Shown here one piece after another: positions 17,288 through 27,105 of a DNA stretch of 64,000 bases. Every line of letters starts with the position of its first letter. Position 1 is the first letter of the stretch. The notes below the pieces were generated by a model that saw nothing but the letters and a program-made list of their open reading frames with translations, had not been told where the DNA came from and did no database searches. A program made the position numbers and the translations under genes. This DNA comes from an uncultured Candidatus Saccharibacteria bacterium (GTDB lineage Bacteria; Patescibacteriota; Minisyncoccia; Phycocordibacterales; UBA9973), in the NCBI GenBank assembly GCA_964623415.1, contig CAZUUH010000001.1, positions 1,305-65,304 on the forward strand, in the 5' to 3' direction.

Positions 17288-18475
17288 ATGTCTAATAACG
17301 AAAATATATTTATAGAGCCGTGGATTGAGAGAGATGTCTTTGCAGATGTTGATTTTTCGAAAGTTAAAACCCCGGCTTATATTGTGGGTGAAGAAAAGCT
17401 CGAGAATAATTTAAAGATTCTAAATAAAGTAGAGAAAGGAACTGGTGCTAAAATTCTGATGGCTATAAAAAGTTTTTCCATGTTTAAAGTTTTTCCTCTT
17501 GCTCGCAAATATCTTTCTGGTTCTGAAGCTAGCTCTGTAAATGAGGCGAAGCTTGGCCACACAAAGTTTGGAAAAGAAACTCATACCTTTTCTCCTTCTT
17601 ATACAAATAAAAATATAAAAGAATATTTAAAGTATTCAGATCATTTAGTTTTTAATTCATTTTCTCAGTGGAATAAATTTAAGGATGTCTGCAACGGAAA
17701 AGCTTCTTGTGGAATAAGAGTAAATGTAGAGCATAGCGAAACAGATAATCCTATGTATGACCCAAGTAGACCAAAATCACATTTTGGTGTAACTATTTCA
17801 AACTTTCAAAATGAGAACATTGAAGGTCTAGAAGGATTACATTTTCATAATCTTTGTGAATTAAATGCAGATGCACTGGAAAGAACCCTAAAAGTTTTCG
17901 AAGATAAATTTGGAAAATATTTAGCTAAAATGAAATGGGTGAATTTTGGTGGAGGGCATCACATAACTCGTAAAGATTATGATTTAGATTTACTTTATAA
18001 AACAATAAAAGATTTTAAAACAAGGTATCCTCATTTAGAGGTGTACTTAGAACCAGGAGAAGCTATCGCACTTAATGCTGGAGTCCTCGTGGGTAGTGTT
18101 GTAGATACTTTTAATAATGGTATAAATATAGCTGTTTTGGATGTTTCTCCTACTTGTCATATGCCAGATGTCATAGAAATGCCTTATTTACCTACTATTT
18201 TAGGGGCTAAATCGGCCACAGAGCGAAGTAGTGATATTTATCGCCTAGTAGGACCTAGCTGTCTTACTGGGGATGTAATAGGCGAATATTCTTTCAATAA
18301 ACCTTTAAAGGTTGGTGATAAGGTTGTGTTCTTGAACATGGCCATATATACTATGGTGAAAAATAATACTTTTAATGGAGTAAATTTACCAGATATTTCT
18401 TTATTAAATAAAAAAGGTAAAATAAAAGTAATTAAAAGTTTCGGATACGAAGATTTTAAGAATAGATTATCATAA
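17288..18475 (+). CDS. nspC: Carboxy(nor)spermidine decarboxylase
   Basis: TPAY, GLHFHNLCE, NFGGGHHITR, YLEPGEA, CHMPDVIEMPY, SCLTGD, YTMVKNNTFNG. Confidence 0.93.
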   Translation: MSNNENIFIEPWIERDVFADVDFSKVKTPAYIVGEEKLENNLKILNKVEKGTGAKILMAIKSFSMFKVFPLARKYLSGSEASSVNEAKLGHTKFGKETHTFSPSYTNKNIKEYLKYSDHLVFNSFSQWNKFKDVCNGKASCGIRVNVEHSETDNPMYDPSRPKSHFGVTISNFQNENIEGLEGLHFHNLCELNADALERTLKVFEDKFGKYLAKMKWVNFGGGHHITRKDYDLDLLYKTIKDFKTRYPHLEVYLEPGEAIALNAGVLVGSVVDTFNNGINIAVLDVSPTCHMPDVIEMPYLPTILGAKSATERSSDIYRLVGPSCLTGDVIGEYSFNKPLKVGDKVVFLNMAIYTMVKNNTFNGVNLPDISLLNKKGKIKVIKSFGYEDFKNRLS

Positions 18476-18480
18476 AAATT

Positions 18481-19533
18481 ATGGAAAATAAAAAAATATT
18501 AGAAGAAAAAATTTCAAATTTTAATCCAAACGAGAATGGTCTTTTCGAACATGGAATCTTTGGATTACCTTTTAATATAGAAGAATCCGAATTAGTACTT
18601 GTCCCTGTGCCTTGGGAAGCCACAGTTTCTTATGGAAGTGGTTCTTCAAAAGGACCAAAGACAATACTTGATGCTTCACAACAGATTGATTTGTATGATT
18701 CTATCTATCCAAATGGTTGGAAAAGGGGAATTGCTATGCAAGATATACCTACAGATATGTATTACGAGAATATGCAAGTCTGCAAGAAAGTTTCTACCTA
18801 TTTAGGAAGTTTTTTAACTGGAAATAAAGACGAAGCACTCCTAGAAGAGATAAATAATGACTGCAAGAATCTTAATAAACGTATTGAAGAAGTTGTAGAT
18901 GGACTTTTAAAAAAAGGAAAAATTGTTGGAATAGTGGGAGGGGATCATAGCTCTCCTTTTGGATATTTCAAATCTTTGGCAAAGAAATATAGAGAATTTG
19001 GGGTTTTATACATAGATGCTCACGCAGATCTTAGATGTGCATATGAAGGTTTTAATTATTCTCATGCTTCCATATTCCACAATGTTCTCTCTATCCCAAA
19101 CATTTCAAAATTAGTTCAAGTTGGAGTAAGAGATATAAGTGAGGAAGAAATGAATATCGTAAAAGATCAAAAAGATAGAATTAAGTTATTTTCTGATTAT
19201 GAAATTAAAAAGGAATTATTTGAAGGAAAAAGTTGGGCAAAAAAATGTGATGAAATAGTAAAAAATTTACCAAAGGACGTTTATATATCTTTTGATATCG
19301 ATGGTCTCGCTCCTTACCTTTGCCCAAATACTGGTACTCCGGTTCCAGGGGGTCTAGGGATAGATGAGCTGGTTTTCTTATTTGAAAAGATAATAGAATC
19401 TAAAAGAAAAATTATTGGTTTTGACCTTTGTGAAGTAGTTCCTGGTAAAGACGGAGATGAATGGGACGGAAACGTCGGCGCTCGCGTACTCTACAAGCTT
19501 TGTTTACTTGCATTAAAAAGTAATTCTTGTTAG
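18481..19533 (+). CDS. speB: Agmatinase (ureohydrolase family)
   Basis: GGDHS, IDAHADLR, SFDIDGL, TGTPVPGG, FDLCEV. Confidence 0.9.
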   Translation: MENKKILEEKISNFNPNENGLFEHGIFGLPFNIEESELVLVPVPWEATVSYGSGSSKGPKTILDASQQIDLYDSIYPNGWKRGIAMQDIPTDMYYENMQVCKKVSTYLGSFLTGNKDEALLEEINNDCKNLNKRIEEVVDGLLKKGKIVGIVGGDHSSPFGYFKSLAKKYREFGVLYIDAHADLRCAYEGFNYSHASIFHNVLSIPNISKLVQVGVRDISEEEMNIVKDQKDRIKLFSDYEIKKELFEGKSWAKKCDEIVKNLPKDVYISFDIDGLAPYLCPNTGTPVPGGLGIDELVFLFEKIIESKRKIIGFDLCEVVPGKDGDEWDGNVGARVLYKLCLLALKSNSC

Positions 19534-19667
19534 TTTAAGTCAAAATCACTTTCAAATAAAAATTCACTTTTAAACCCTAGATGAACCGACTAGGTAATTA
19601 AACGGTAAATGTTATGATAAAAGAAGTAAATGAACTCAAGTTTTATCTTACAAAGAATACTGTGTTT

Positions 19668-21050
19668 TTATTCTATAAATATTTCCTGTCCATTATCTGT
19701 GTCCTTTACTTCATAACCAAGTTTGTTTATCTCGTAACGTAATTTATCACTTTCTTTCCAGTCTTTATTCTGTCTTGCAACTTCTCTAGCTTCTACGAGT
19801 TTCTTAACACTTTTAGGAATTTTATCTTTCTTAAGTTTCAAGATATCAAAACCAAGAACTCTATCAAAGTCTATAATTGTAGCAAGCTTGTCTTCTTTTT
19901 TAATATCTGATTTTAATAAATCTTGAACTATTGCCATAGCTTTGGGCATATTCAAATCATCGTTTATTGCACTTAAAAATTGATCAGCAAATATTTTATC
20001 AGTATTACCAACCTTGTCCCCAAGATTTTTAACTCTATTTATCAGATTATTAAATCCATTTTTTGCAGATATAAGTACATCATCTGTCCATTCCATTTTC
20101 TTTCTGTAATGAACTAAAAATGTTGCGTACCTGAAAGCAAGAGGATTTATATTTTTATTTATAAACTCACTTTTAATAGTTAAAAAATTTCCGGTACTTT
20201 TAGCCATCTTTTCATCATTACCCAAATTAAGGAATTCTCCATGCACCCAATAATTTACCCAAGGTTTTACACCAGTAAAAGCTTCTGTCTGTGCTATTTC
20301 ATTGGTATGATGAGTATTTATATGGTCAACAGCACCACAGTGTATATCAAAATGACTTCCTAGATATTTTAAGCTTATTGCAGAGCACTCTATATGCCAA
20401 CCAGGAAAACCTACACCCCAAGGACTATTCCATTCCATTTGTCTTTTTATATCCCTAGGAGAAAATTTCCATAAAGCAAAATCTGTGGGGTTTCTTTTGT
20501 ATTCATTTATTTCAACTCTCGCACCCTCCCATAGATCTTCTATATTTTGATGAGAAAGTTTAGTGTAATCTTCTACTTTTGAAGTATCAAAATATATGCC
20601 GTCAGCAATTTTATATGTATAACCCTTTTCTTCTAAAATTTTAATCATTTTTATTTGATCTTTTATATGAGAAGTAACAGCACAAAATCTATTGGGGTAG
20701 AGAATATTTAAATTTTTTAAATCTTCTTTAAATGATTTTGTATAAAATTTTGTTATAAATTTAGCTTTTTTGTTTTCCTTTACTGATTCCTTTTCTATTT
20801 TATCTTCACCCATATCTCTGTCACCAGTTAGATGACCAACATCTGTAATATTCATAACATGTTTTACTAAATAACCATTATATAGAATTACACGTTTTAA
20901 CACGTCTTCAAAAATATATGTTCTCATATTACCAATATGAGCATAATTATAAACAGTAGGACCACAAGTATACATATATACTTTTGTGGGTATTATGGGT
21001 GTAAATTCTTCTTTTTCTCTTCTAAGAGTGTTAAATATTACTAAAGACAT
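19668..21050 (-). CDS. cysS: Cysteine--tRNA ligase
   Basis: YTCGPTVY, HIGN, PGWHIECS, KMAKS. Confidence 0.97.
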   Translation of the reverse strand: MSLVIFNTLRREKEEFTPIIPTKVYMYTCGPTVYNYAHIGNMRTYIFEDVLKRVILYNGYLVKHVMNITDVGHLTGDRDMGEDKIEKESVKENKKAKFITKFYTKSFKEDLKNLNILYPNRFCAVTSHIKDQIKMIKILEEKGYTYKIADGIYFDTSKVEDYTKLSHQNIEDLWEGARVEINEYKRNPTDFALWKFSPRDIKRQMEWNSPWGVGFPGWHIECSAISLKYLGSHFDIHCGAVDHINTHHTNEIAQTEAFTGVKPWVNYWVHGEFLNLGNDEKMAKSTGNFLTIKSEFINKNINPLAFRYATFLVHYRKKMEWTDDVLISAKNGFNNLINRVKNLGDKVGNTDKIFADQFLSAINDDLNMPKAMAIVQDLLKSDIKKEDKLATIIDFDRVLGFDILKLKKDKIPKSVKKLVEAREVARQNKDWKESDKLRYEINKLGYEVKDTDNGQEIFIE

Positions 21051-21840
21051 ATAAAAAAGTTAAAACAGTTACTATTAATGATAATGTTGTTAATCTTATT
21101 AATATCTTTATCTTTTTACTATTCTTATCTATTAACATCAAATTAGTAATGTTATAAAGATTTGTGAAATTTTTACTTTGCTCACTTATCATATCTTTTG
21201 ATTCAGAATGTTCATTTTGAATTACCGAATTATAATAATCAAAATGCTCACCAAATATGTTTACAAGATTTTCAAAGAATACCTTCAATATTCTTTCGTT
21301 TGAATTCAAGCTTTTGTCTATTTTAATTAATAAATAATTCTTATTATATATAAGTTTAGAAATATTTTTATTTTTAGGATTTATAATTTTATTCTCTAGT
21401 TCTTTAACTGCTAAACCATTTATGGTCAGTTGCTCTTTAAGATTAACATACAAGCTTTTCATTAAATAAAAAGATAGCAAACCATTGTTTGTTATTTTAA
21501 GCTTATCTAAAATAGCAGAATCCATTTCTAAATTATTTAAAAACTCCGAAATAGCATCTATCTTATTGTCATGTATAGTTAGGACAATATCTTCACCGAC
21601 TATAAACATTATTTTATTATCTGTAATTTTATTGTCATTATGGATTATTTTAGGAAAATAAAATGAAGCAAAAATTGTACCACTTGTAGATTTTATTTTA
21701 GTTTTTTGTGTTTTTGAACGTATTTCTTCTTCTATTGGTATTGGAATTTGATATTCTTCAAGAAGATAAACAAGCTCTTCTTCTGTAGGGGATTCGAGAT
21801 CTATCCAAAGCAAACCGTTGTGACTATATTTCGATATCAT
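21031..21840 (-). CDS. Degenerate CorA-family protein (no GMN motif, one TM segment)
   Basis: WIDLESPTEEE N-terminus, VLTIHD, long helical region, ends after one hydrophobic segment. Confidence 0.6.
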   Translation of the reverse strand: MISKYSHNGLLWIDLESPTEEELVYLLEEYQIPIPIEEEIRSKTQKTKIKSTSGTIFASFYFPKIIHNDNKITDNKIMFIVGEDIVLTIHDNKIDAISEFLNNLEMDSAILDKLKITNNGLLSFYLMKSLYVNLKEQLTINGLAVKELENKIINPKNKNISKLIYNKNYLLIKIDKSLNSNERILKVFFENLVNIFGEHFDYYNSVIQNEHSESKDMISEQSKNFTNLYNITNLMLIDKNSKKIKILIRLTTLSLIVTVLTFLYVFSNI

Positions 21841-21970
21841 ATATATTATATTATACTAGGTAAAAACATATTTTCAAAACAGTAAAAGATAATACAGGGG
21901 TTGCATTTTAAATGATTTTTGTGTAATATAGCTTTATCTAAGAAAATAGTCTTCTTAGACAAACAATTTT

Positions 21971-22345
21971 ATGGCTACTAAAAAAACTACAATAATAAAA
22001 GACAAAGGTGTTGTTGATATAGAAAATAATGAATTCGCAGTTATTTTTACTGGTGGAAAACAGTATAAAGTATATGTAGGCAATACATTGAAGATAGAGA
22101 AATTAGAGGGGGATTTTAAAATGGGTGATAAAATCATTTTTGATAAAGTCTTACTTGTAGATAATGGCATAGATACAACAATAGGTTCACCATATATAAA
22201 TGGAGCCAAGGTTGAAGCAATTTTTCAAAAAAATGCTAAGCATCAAACAGTTAAAGTTGTAAAATATAAACAAAAAAGTAGATACTTAAAGAAAAACGGG
22301 CACAGGCAACCATACACAGAAGTCAAAATTTCTTCAATTAAATAA
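21971..22345 (+). CDS. rplU: 50S ribosomal protein L21
   Basis: FAVIFTGGKQYKV, GHRQPYTEVKI. Confidence 0.96.
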   Translation: MATKKTTIIKDKGVVDIENNEFAVIFTGGKQYKVYVGNTLKIEKLEGDFKMGDKIIFDKVLLVDNGIDTTIGSPYINGAKVEAIFQKNAKHQTVKVVKYKQKSRYLKKNGHRQPYTEVKISSIK

Positions 22346-22372
22346 AATAAAACGCCCATTGGGCGTTTTATT
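22346..22372. terminator. Bidirectional terminator between rplU and recR
   Basis: AATAAAACGCCCA-t-TGGGCGTTTTATT between convergent genes. Confidence 0.7.
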
Positions 22373-22994
22373 ATTGTCTATTTTTAAGTGCATTTTTTAT
22401 CGTTTCAGAATCTGAGTATTCAAGTTCAGTCCCAGTAGAGAGTCCGCGACCCAAAGATACAATTTTAAAATTAAATTTTTTCTGTAGCGAAGATAACATT
22501 TCTCTTATATACATATCTGTATGTTCTCCTTGTGGGTTTAATGATAATGCAATTATTATTTCCTTTAAAACACCACTCGACAAACCCTCCTCTACTTTTT
22601 TTATTAATTCTTTTAAATGTATGAAGGATGGAGTTTCTTTCGTAACAATAGGGACTAAACCTCCTAAAATAAAGTACATCCCATTATAATTTTTACTTTT
22701 AGATATTGATTCATAATCAACATCTTTCTCTACAATTAGAAGAGAACTTCTGTCAGTTTTTAGGTTAGAACAATTTTTACAAAAATTTTCTTTATTAAAT
22801 TCATCTTCAAAAAACAAAAAACAAGACGGACATTGTTTAATATTATTCTTTATAGAACTAATGCTCTCTGATAAATCTTTTACATACTGCTTATTTTTAT
22901 GTAATAGGAAATAAACAAAACGCTTTGCTTGGCGTTCGCCAATACCAGGAAATTCTTTAAAATATTTTGATAATTTTTCTATTTGATTTTCCAT
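22371..22994 (-). CDS. recR: Recombination protein RecR
   Basis: FPGIGERQAKR HhH, C4 zinc finger, TOPRIM domain, GTELEYSD. Confidence 0.95.
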   Translation of the reverse strand: MENQIEKLSKYFKEFPGIGERQAKRFVYFLLHKNKQYVKDLSESISSIKNNIKQCPSCFLFFEDEFNKENFCKNCSNLKTDRSSLLIVEKDVDYESISKSKNYNGMYFILGGLVPIVTKETPSFIHLKELIKKVEEGLSSGVLKEIIIALSLNPQGEHTDMYIREMLSSLQKKFNFKIVSLGRGLSTGTELEYSDSETIKNALKNRQ

Positions 22995-23013
22995 AATTTA
23001 AAAATTCTAGAAA

Positions 23014-24399
23014 TTAAAATCCTTCAATATCTGCTTTAGAAATACCACTGTTACTACCATTATTATTCTTATCGATGGTCATAAAAGTCGTTGTTTTCTC
23101 ATCAAAATATAAATCAACCTTACCAACTGGTCCATTTCTATGTTTTTCAATAAGAATTTCTGCAATATTTGTTTTTTCGCTTTCATCTTTACCTTTGTCT
23201 TCTCTGTGAATAAACATCACAATATCAGCATCTTGTTCAATGGATCCAGAATCACGAAGGTCAGATAATCGTGGCCTACCACCACGAGATTCAACAGCAC
23301 GAGAAAGCTGTGATAAAGCAAGCACTGGTACATCAAACTCTTTTGCGAGAGATTTAAGAGATCGTGATATTTCTGTCACTTGATTAACCATACTATCATA
23401 ATTCTTAGATGTAGACATCAGCTGTAAATAATCAACAATGATTAACCCGAGCCCGTGTTCAGCTTTAATACGTCTACACACAGAACGCATTCTAGCTATA
23501 GAGTTACCAGCAAGATCGTCAACAAAAATTGGTGCCTTGGATAGACTATCAAGCGAGTCTCTTATTTTTGCAAATTCTGTTTCAGATGATAGATTACCAG
23601 TTCGAAGACTCCAAGCATTAACTCTTGATTGAGCTGCTAGAAGTCTATCCACTAATTGTTGAGTACTCATTTCCAAGGAAAATATTGTTACTGAAGTTTT
23701 ATTATTCAAAGCTGCCTGTCTGGCAATATCCAAAGCTAGAGTTGTTTTACCCATAGATGGTCGAGCTGCTAAAATAATTAAATCAGACCTCTGAAGGCCA
23801 GAAAGATATTGATCAAGATCACGAAATCCTGTAGGAACACCACGAAGTTCACCTTTGTTCTCGTGAAGTTTTTCTAATCTTTCCCATGCTTCTGGTAAAC
23901 TATCACGAAGTGCATGAACTGTATTACCGCCAGAGTTACTACTAATACCCATCATTTTCTTTTCTGCTTGATCCAATACATCTAAAACATCTTCAATATC
24001 TTCTCTAAACCCCAACTCTGAGATATCGTCACCAGCATCAATTATTTTTCTAAGAATATGCTTTTTGTTAACTATATCAGCGTAATATCTAATATTAGTA
24101 GAAGCAGGTACGGAGTTAGTTAATTCACTTAGATATACATTCCCGCCAACTTGATCGAGAAAACTCTTTTCTTCAAGTTTTTGAGAAAGTGAGAGTAAAT
24201 CTATCGGTTGACCCTTACTAGAAAGCTCAAGCATTGATTTAAATATTTCACTATGCCTAGAAACATAAAAAGAATCTGGTTTTATAAAATCTATTATTTC
24301 ATGTATCGCACCAGGTCTTAACATTATAGAACCGAGAATAGCTTTCTCAGCATCAATACTCTGTGGTGGAACTCTAAGTTTTTCTTTTCTTTCACTCAT
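23014..24399 (-). CDS. dnaB: Replicative DNA helicase
   Basis: AARPSMGKT, FSLEMS, IIVDYLQL, LSDLRDSGSIEQDAD, KHRNGP; no intein. Confidence 0.98.
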   Translation of the reverse strand: MSERKEKLRVPPQSIDAEKAILGSIMLRPGAIHEIIDFIKPDSFYVSRHSEIFKSMLELSSKGQPIDLLSLSQKLEEKSFLDQVGGNVYLSELTNSVPASTNIRYYADIVNKKHILRKIIDAGDDISELGFREDIEDVLDVLDQAEKKMMGISSNSGGNTVHALRDSLPEAWERLEKLHENKGELRGVPTGFRDLDQYLSGLQRSDLIILAARPSMGKTTLALDIARQAALNNKTSVTIFSLEMSTQQLVDRLLAAQSRVNAWSLRTGNLSSETEFAKIRDSLDSLSKAPIFVDDLAGNSIARMRSVCRRIKAEHGLGLIIVDYLQLMSTSKNYDSMVNQVTEISRSLKSLAKEFDVPVLALSQLSRAVESRGGRPRLSDLRDSGSIEQDADIVMFIHREDKGKDESEKTNIAEILIEKHRNGPVGKVDLYFDEKTTTFMTIDKNNNGSNSGISKADIEGF

Positions 24400-24504
24400 A
24401 GAAATTATTGTATATTATAATAAGATTTTTTAAAACTGGTAATTTTGGACAAATGTGTTAGTAATATGTGCAAAACTATTCATTTTTTGGTATTATATTA
24501 AAAT

Positions 24505-25476
24505 ATGGGAAAAAGACTTTTATCAGGAGTAAAACCAACTGGAGCACCACATTTAGGTAACTATTTTGGGGCTATGCAACAGTTCGTAAGGTTACAAAAT
24601 GAATATGATTCTTTCATAATGATTGCGGACTATCATGCGCTCAATCTAATTCACGATAAAAAAGAAATGGAGTCTAATATCCTTGGAGTTGCTTTAGATT
24701 ACCTTGCAATAGGTTTAAATCCTAAAAAAGTAGCAATATTCAAACAATCAGACATAAGTTCTCATACAGAACTTGCTTGGATTTTCGACACCATAACAAC
24801 GGTTCCATATTTAATGAGAGCTCATGCCTTTAAAGATGCAGAAGCAAAGAATAAAGAAATAAATGTTGGAACTTTCAATTATCCAATGCTTATGGCAGCT
24901 GATATTCTGCTTTACGACACAGAAATTGTACCTGTCGGCTCTGATCAAAAACAACATGTTGAATATGCTAGAGATACTGCTGTAAAATTTAATAATATTT
25001 TTGGTCAAACTTTTGCTATACCAGAACCACTAATTATTAACGATATTGCAACAATAAAAGGTACTGATGGGAGAAAGATGAGTAAGAGTTATAAAAATAC
25101 AATACCTCTATTTGGAACAGATGATGAAATCAAAAAAGCAGTTATGAGTATTGTTACTGATTCTAAATCTCCCAATGAAGCCAAAAATCCAGATGAGTGT
25201 AATATTTTTAATTTACATAAATTGTTCTTAAAAGAAGATGATATAAATATTCTTAGAAAAAGATATGAAGAGGGTACTATTGGATACAAAGAATCTAAAG
25301 AAATGCTTTTTTTAGAAATACTAGATCTAGTTAAGCCAATGAGAGAAAGAAGAGATTATTATGCTAAAAATATAAAGAAAGTTAAGAACATATTAAAATA
25401 TGGTGCAAAGAAAGCTAATAAAATAGCTAAGAATAAAATAGAGGTCGTTAAGAATAAAATAGGTGTTAATTTATGA
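24505..25476 (+). CDS. trpS: Tryptophan--tRNA ligase
   Basis: SGVKPTG..HLGNY, YPMLMAADIL, VPVGSDQKQH, KMSKS. Confidence 0.97.
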   Translation: MGKRLLSGVKPTGAPHLGNYFGAMQQFVRLQNEYDSFIMIADYHALNLIHDKKEMESNILGVALDYLAIGLNPKKVAIFKQSDISSHTELAWIFDTITTVPYLMRAHAFKDAEAKNKEINVGTFNYPMLMAADILLYDTEIVPVGSDQKQHVEYARDTAVKFNNIFGQTFAIPEPLIINDIATIKGTDGRKMSKSYKNTIPLFGTDDEIKKAVMSIVTDSKSPNEAKNPDECNIFNLHKLFLKEDDINILRKRYEEGTIGYKESKEMLFLEILDLVKPMRERRDYYAKNIKKVKNILKYGAKKANKIAKNKIEVVKNKIGVNL

Positions 25477-25685
25477 AATATTTAATTACTTTTGTTTTGG
25501 TTGTATTAAATCTAATCAATATTCCACTTAATAAATTGTTTGTAACTACTCAGAAATGGTATTTACCAATGTGGAAAAAAGATAAAGTTATATATTTTGC
25601 CTTTGCGCCTTTTTACTGGATTCTAACAGCTCTAACATTTATTTTTGGATACCCAAGTGAGCTTTTAGCAAGATTAATACATTAA
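25473..25685 (+). CDS. Small hydrophobic hypothetical protein
   Basis: 70-aa ORF filling the trpS-aspS gap with a 4-nt overlap. Confidence 0.6.
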   Translation: MKYLITFVLVVLNLINIPLNKLFVTTQKWYLPMWKKDKVIYFAFAPFYWILTALTFIFGYPSELLARLIH

Positions 25686-25697
25686 AAATTAAAATAT

Positions 25698-27104
25698 ATG
25701 CAAGAAAGAAAATATATAAAAGATTTAGAGAATTTAATTGGGCAAGAGGTTACAATATCTGGATGGGTAGATGTAAGACGTGATCAAGGAAAAATGATTT
25801 TTCTTGATTTTCGAGATGTTACTGGTATTGTCCAAGGAGTAATATTGCCAAATAGTGAAGCTATGATTCTAGGTAAAACTCTTAGGGAAGAATTTGTAGT
25901 TTCTATTTTAGGTAAAGTAAATGAGAGACCAGATAAAAACAAAAAAGAAGGGGTCTTGAATGGTAATATAGAGCTTGAAGTTCTTAAAATTGAGATATTA
26001 AATGAATCTAAGGCGCTTCCTTTCCCAATAGGTGGAGATACGAGAGATATAAATGAGTCTGTACGTTTAAAATATAGATATCTAGATCTTAGAAATGCGA
26101 GGATGCACAAAAATATAGATCATCGTTTTAGAATACAAAATTATATAAGAAAATATCTTGAAGAAAATAGTTTTACCGAAATAGAAACTCCATTACTTTC
26201 AGCTCCAACCCCTGAAGGATCTAGATCTTACATAGTGCCAAGTAGAATTTGGCAAGGAAATTTTTATTCATTACCGCAATCACCACAACAATATAAGCAA
26301 TTATTAATGGTTGCTGGTTTTGAAAAATACTTTCAATTTGCTAGGTGTATGAGAGATGAGGACACACGTGGTGATCGTCAACCAGAATTTACTCAGCTTG
26401 ATATAGAAATGTCTTTCGTAACAGAAGAAGAAGTAATGCAATTAAACGAAAAGATGCTTATTAATTTAGTTCAAAAATATTATCCTAATAAAAAAATACA
26501 GCAAATTCCATTTCCAAGAATTTCTTATAAAGAAGCAATGGAAAAATATGGCAATGATAGACCAGATATAAGAGAAAACAAAAACGACAATGACCTTCTT
26601 GCGTTTTTATGGGTTGTAGATTTTCCAATGTTTGAAAAGACTGGAGAAGATAATGTTGATGGTACTGGTGAATGGACATTTACACATAATCCATTTTCTA
26701 AACCTAGAGATAATCATTTTGAGAAATTTATGCAAAAAGAAGATATTGGTAGTATTTTAACAACCCAATATGATATTACTTTAAATGGTCTTGAAATTGG
26801 AGGTGGAAGTATAAGAAACCATAAAGCTGAAGCTCTAAAGAATACTTTTGAAATTATGGGTTATGATAAAGATAGAATAGATAATAACTTTGGTCATATG
26901 TTAGAAGCTTTGGATTTTGGAGCACCTCCACACGGTGGAATTGCTTGGGGTTTTGATAGGTTAATAATGATACTTGAAAATGAACCAAATATTCGTGAAG
27001 TTATTCCTTTTGCAAAAACAGGAGATGGTAAAGATTTAATGATGAACGCACCCACAAAAGTATCCGATAATCAACTTAAAGAACTTGGTATAAATAAAAA
27101 ATAA
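25698..27104 (+). CDS. aspS: Aspartate--tRNA(Asp/Asn) ligase, short form lacking the GAD insertion
   Basis: OB-fold N-terminus, LPQSPQQYKQLLM, RDEDTRGDRQPEFTQLD, PPHGGIAWGFDR. Confidence 0.95.
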   Translation: MQERKYIKDLENLIGQEVTISGWVDVRRDQGKMIFLDFRDVTGIVQGVILPNSEAMILGKTLREEFVVSILGKVNERPDKNKKEGVLNGNIELEVLKIEILNESKALPFPIGGDTRDINESVRLKYRYLDLRNARMHKNIDHRFRIQNYIRKYLEENSFTEIETPLLSAPTPEGSRSYIVPSRIWQGNFYSLPQSPQQYKQLLMVAGFEKYFQFARCMRDEDTRGDRQPEFTQLDIEMSFVTEEEVMQLNEKMLINLVQKYYPNKKIQQIPFPRISYKEAMEKYGNDRPDIRENKNDNDLLAFLWVVDFPMFEKTGEDNVDGTGEWTFTHNPFSKPRDNHFEKFMQKEDIGSILTTQYDITLNGLEIGGGSIRNHKAEALKNTFEIMGYDKDRIDNNFGHMLEALDFGAPPHGGIAWGFDRLIMILENEPNIREVIPFAKTGDGKDLMMNAPTKVSDNQLKELGINKK

Positions 27105-27105
27105 T

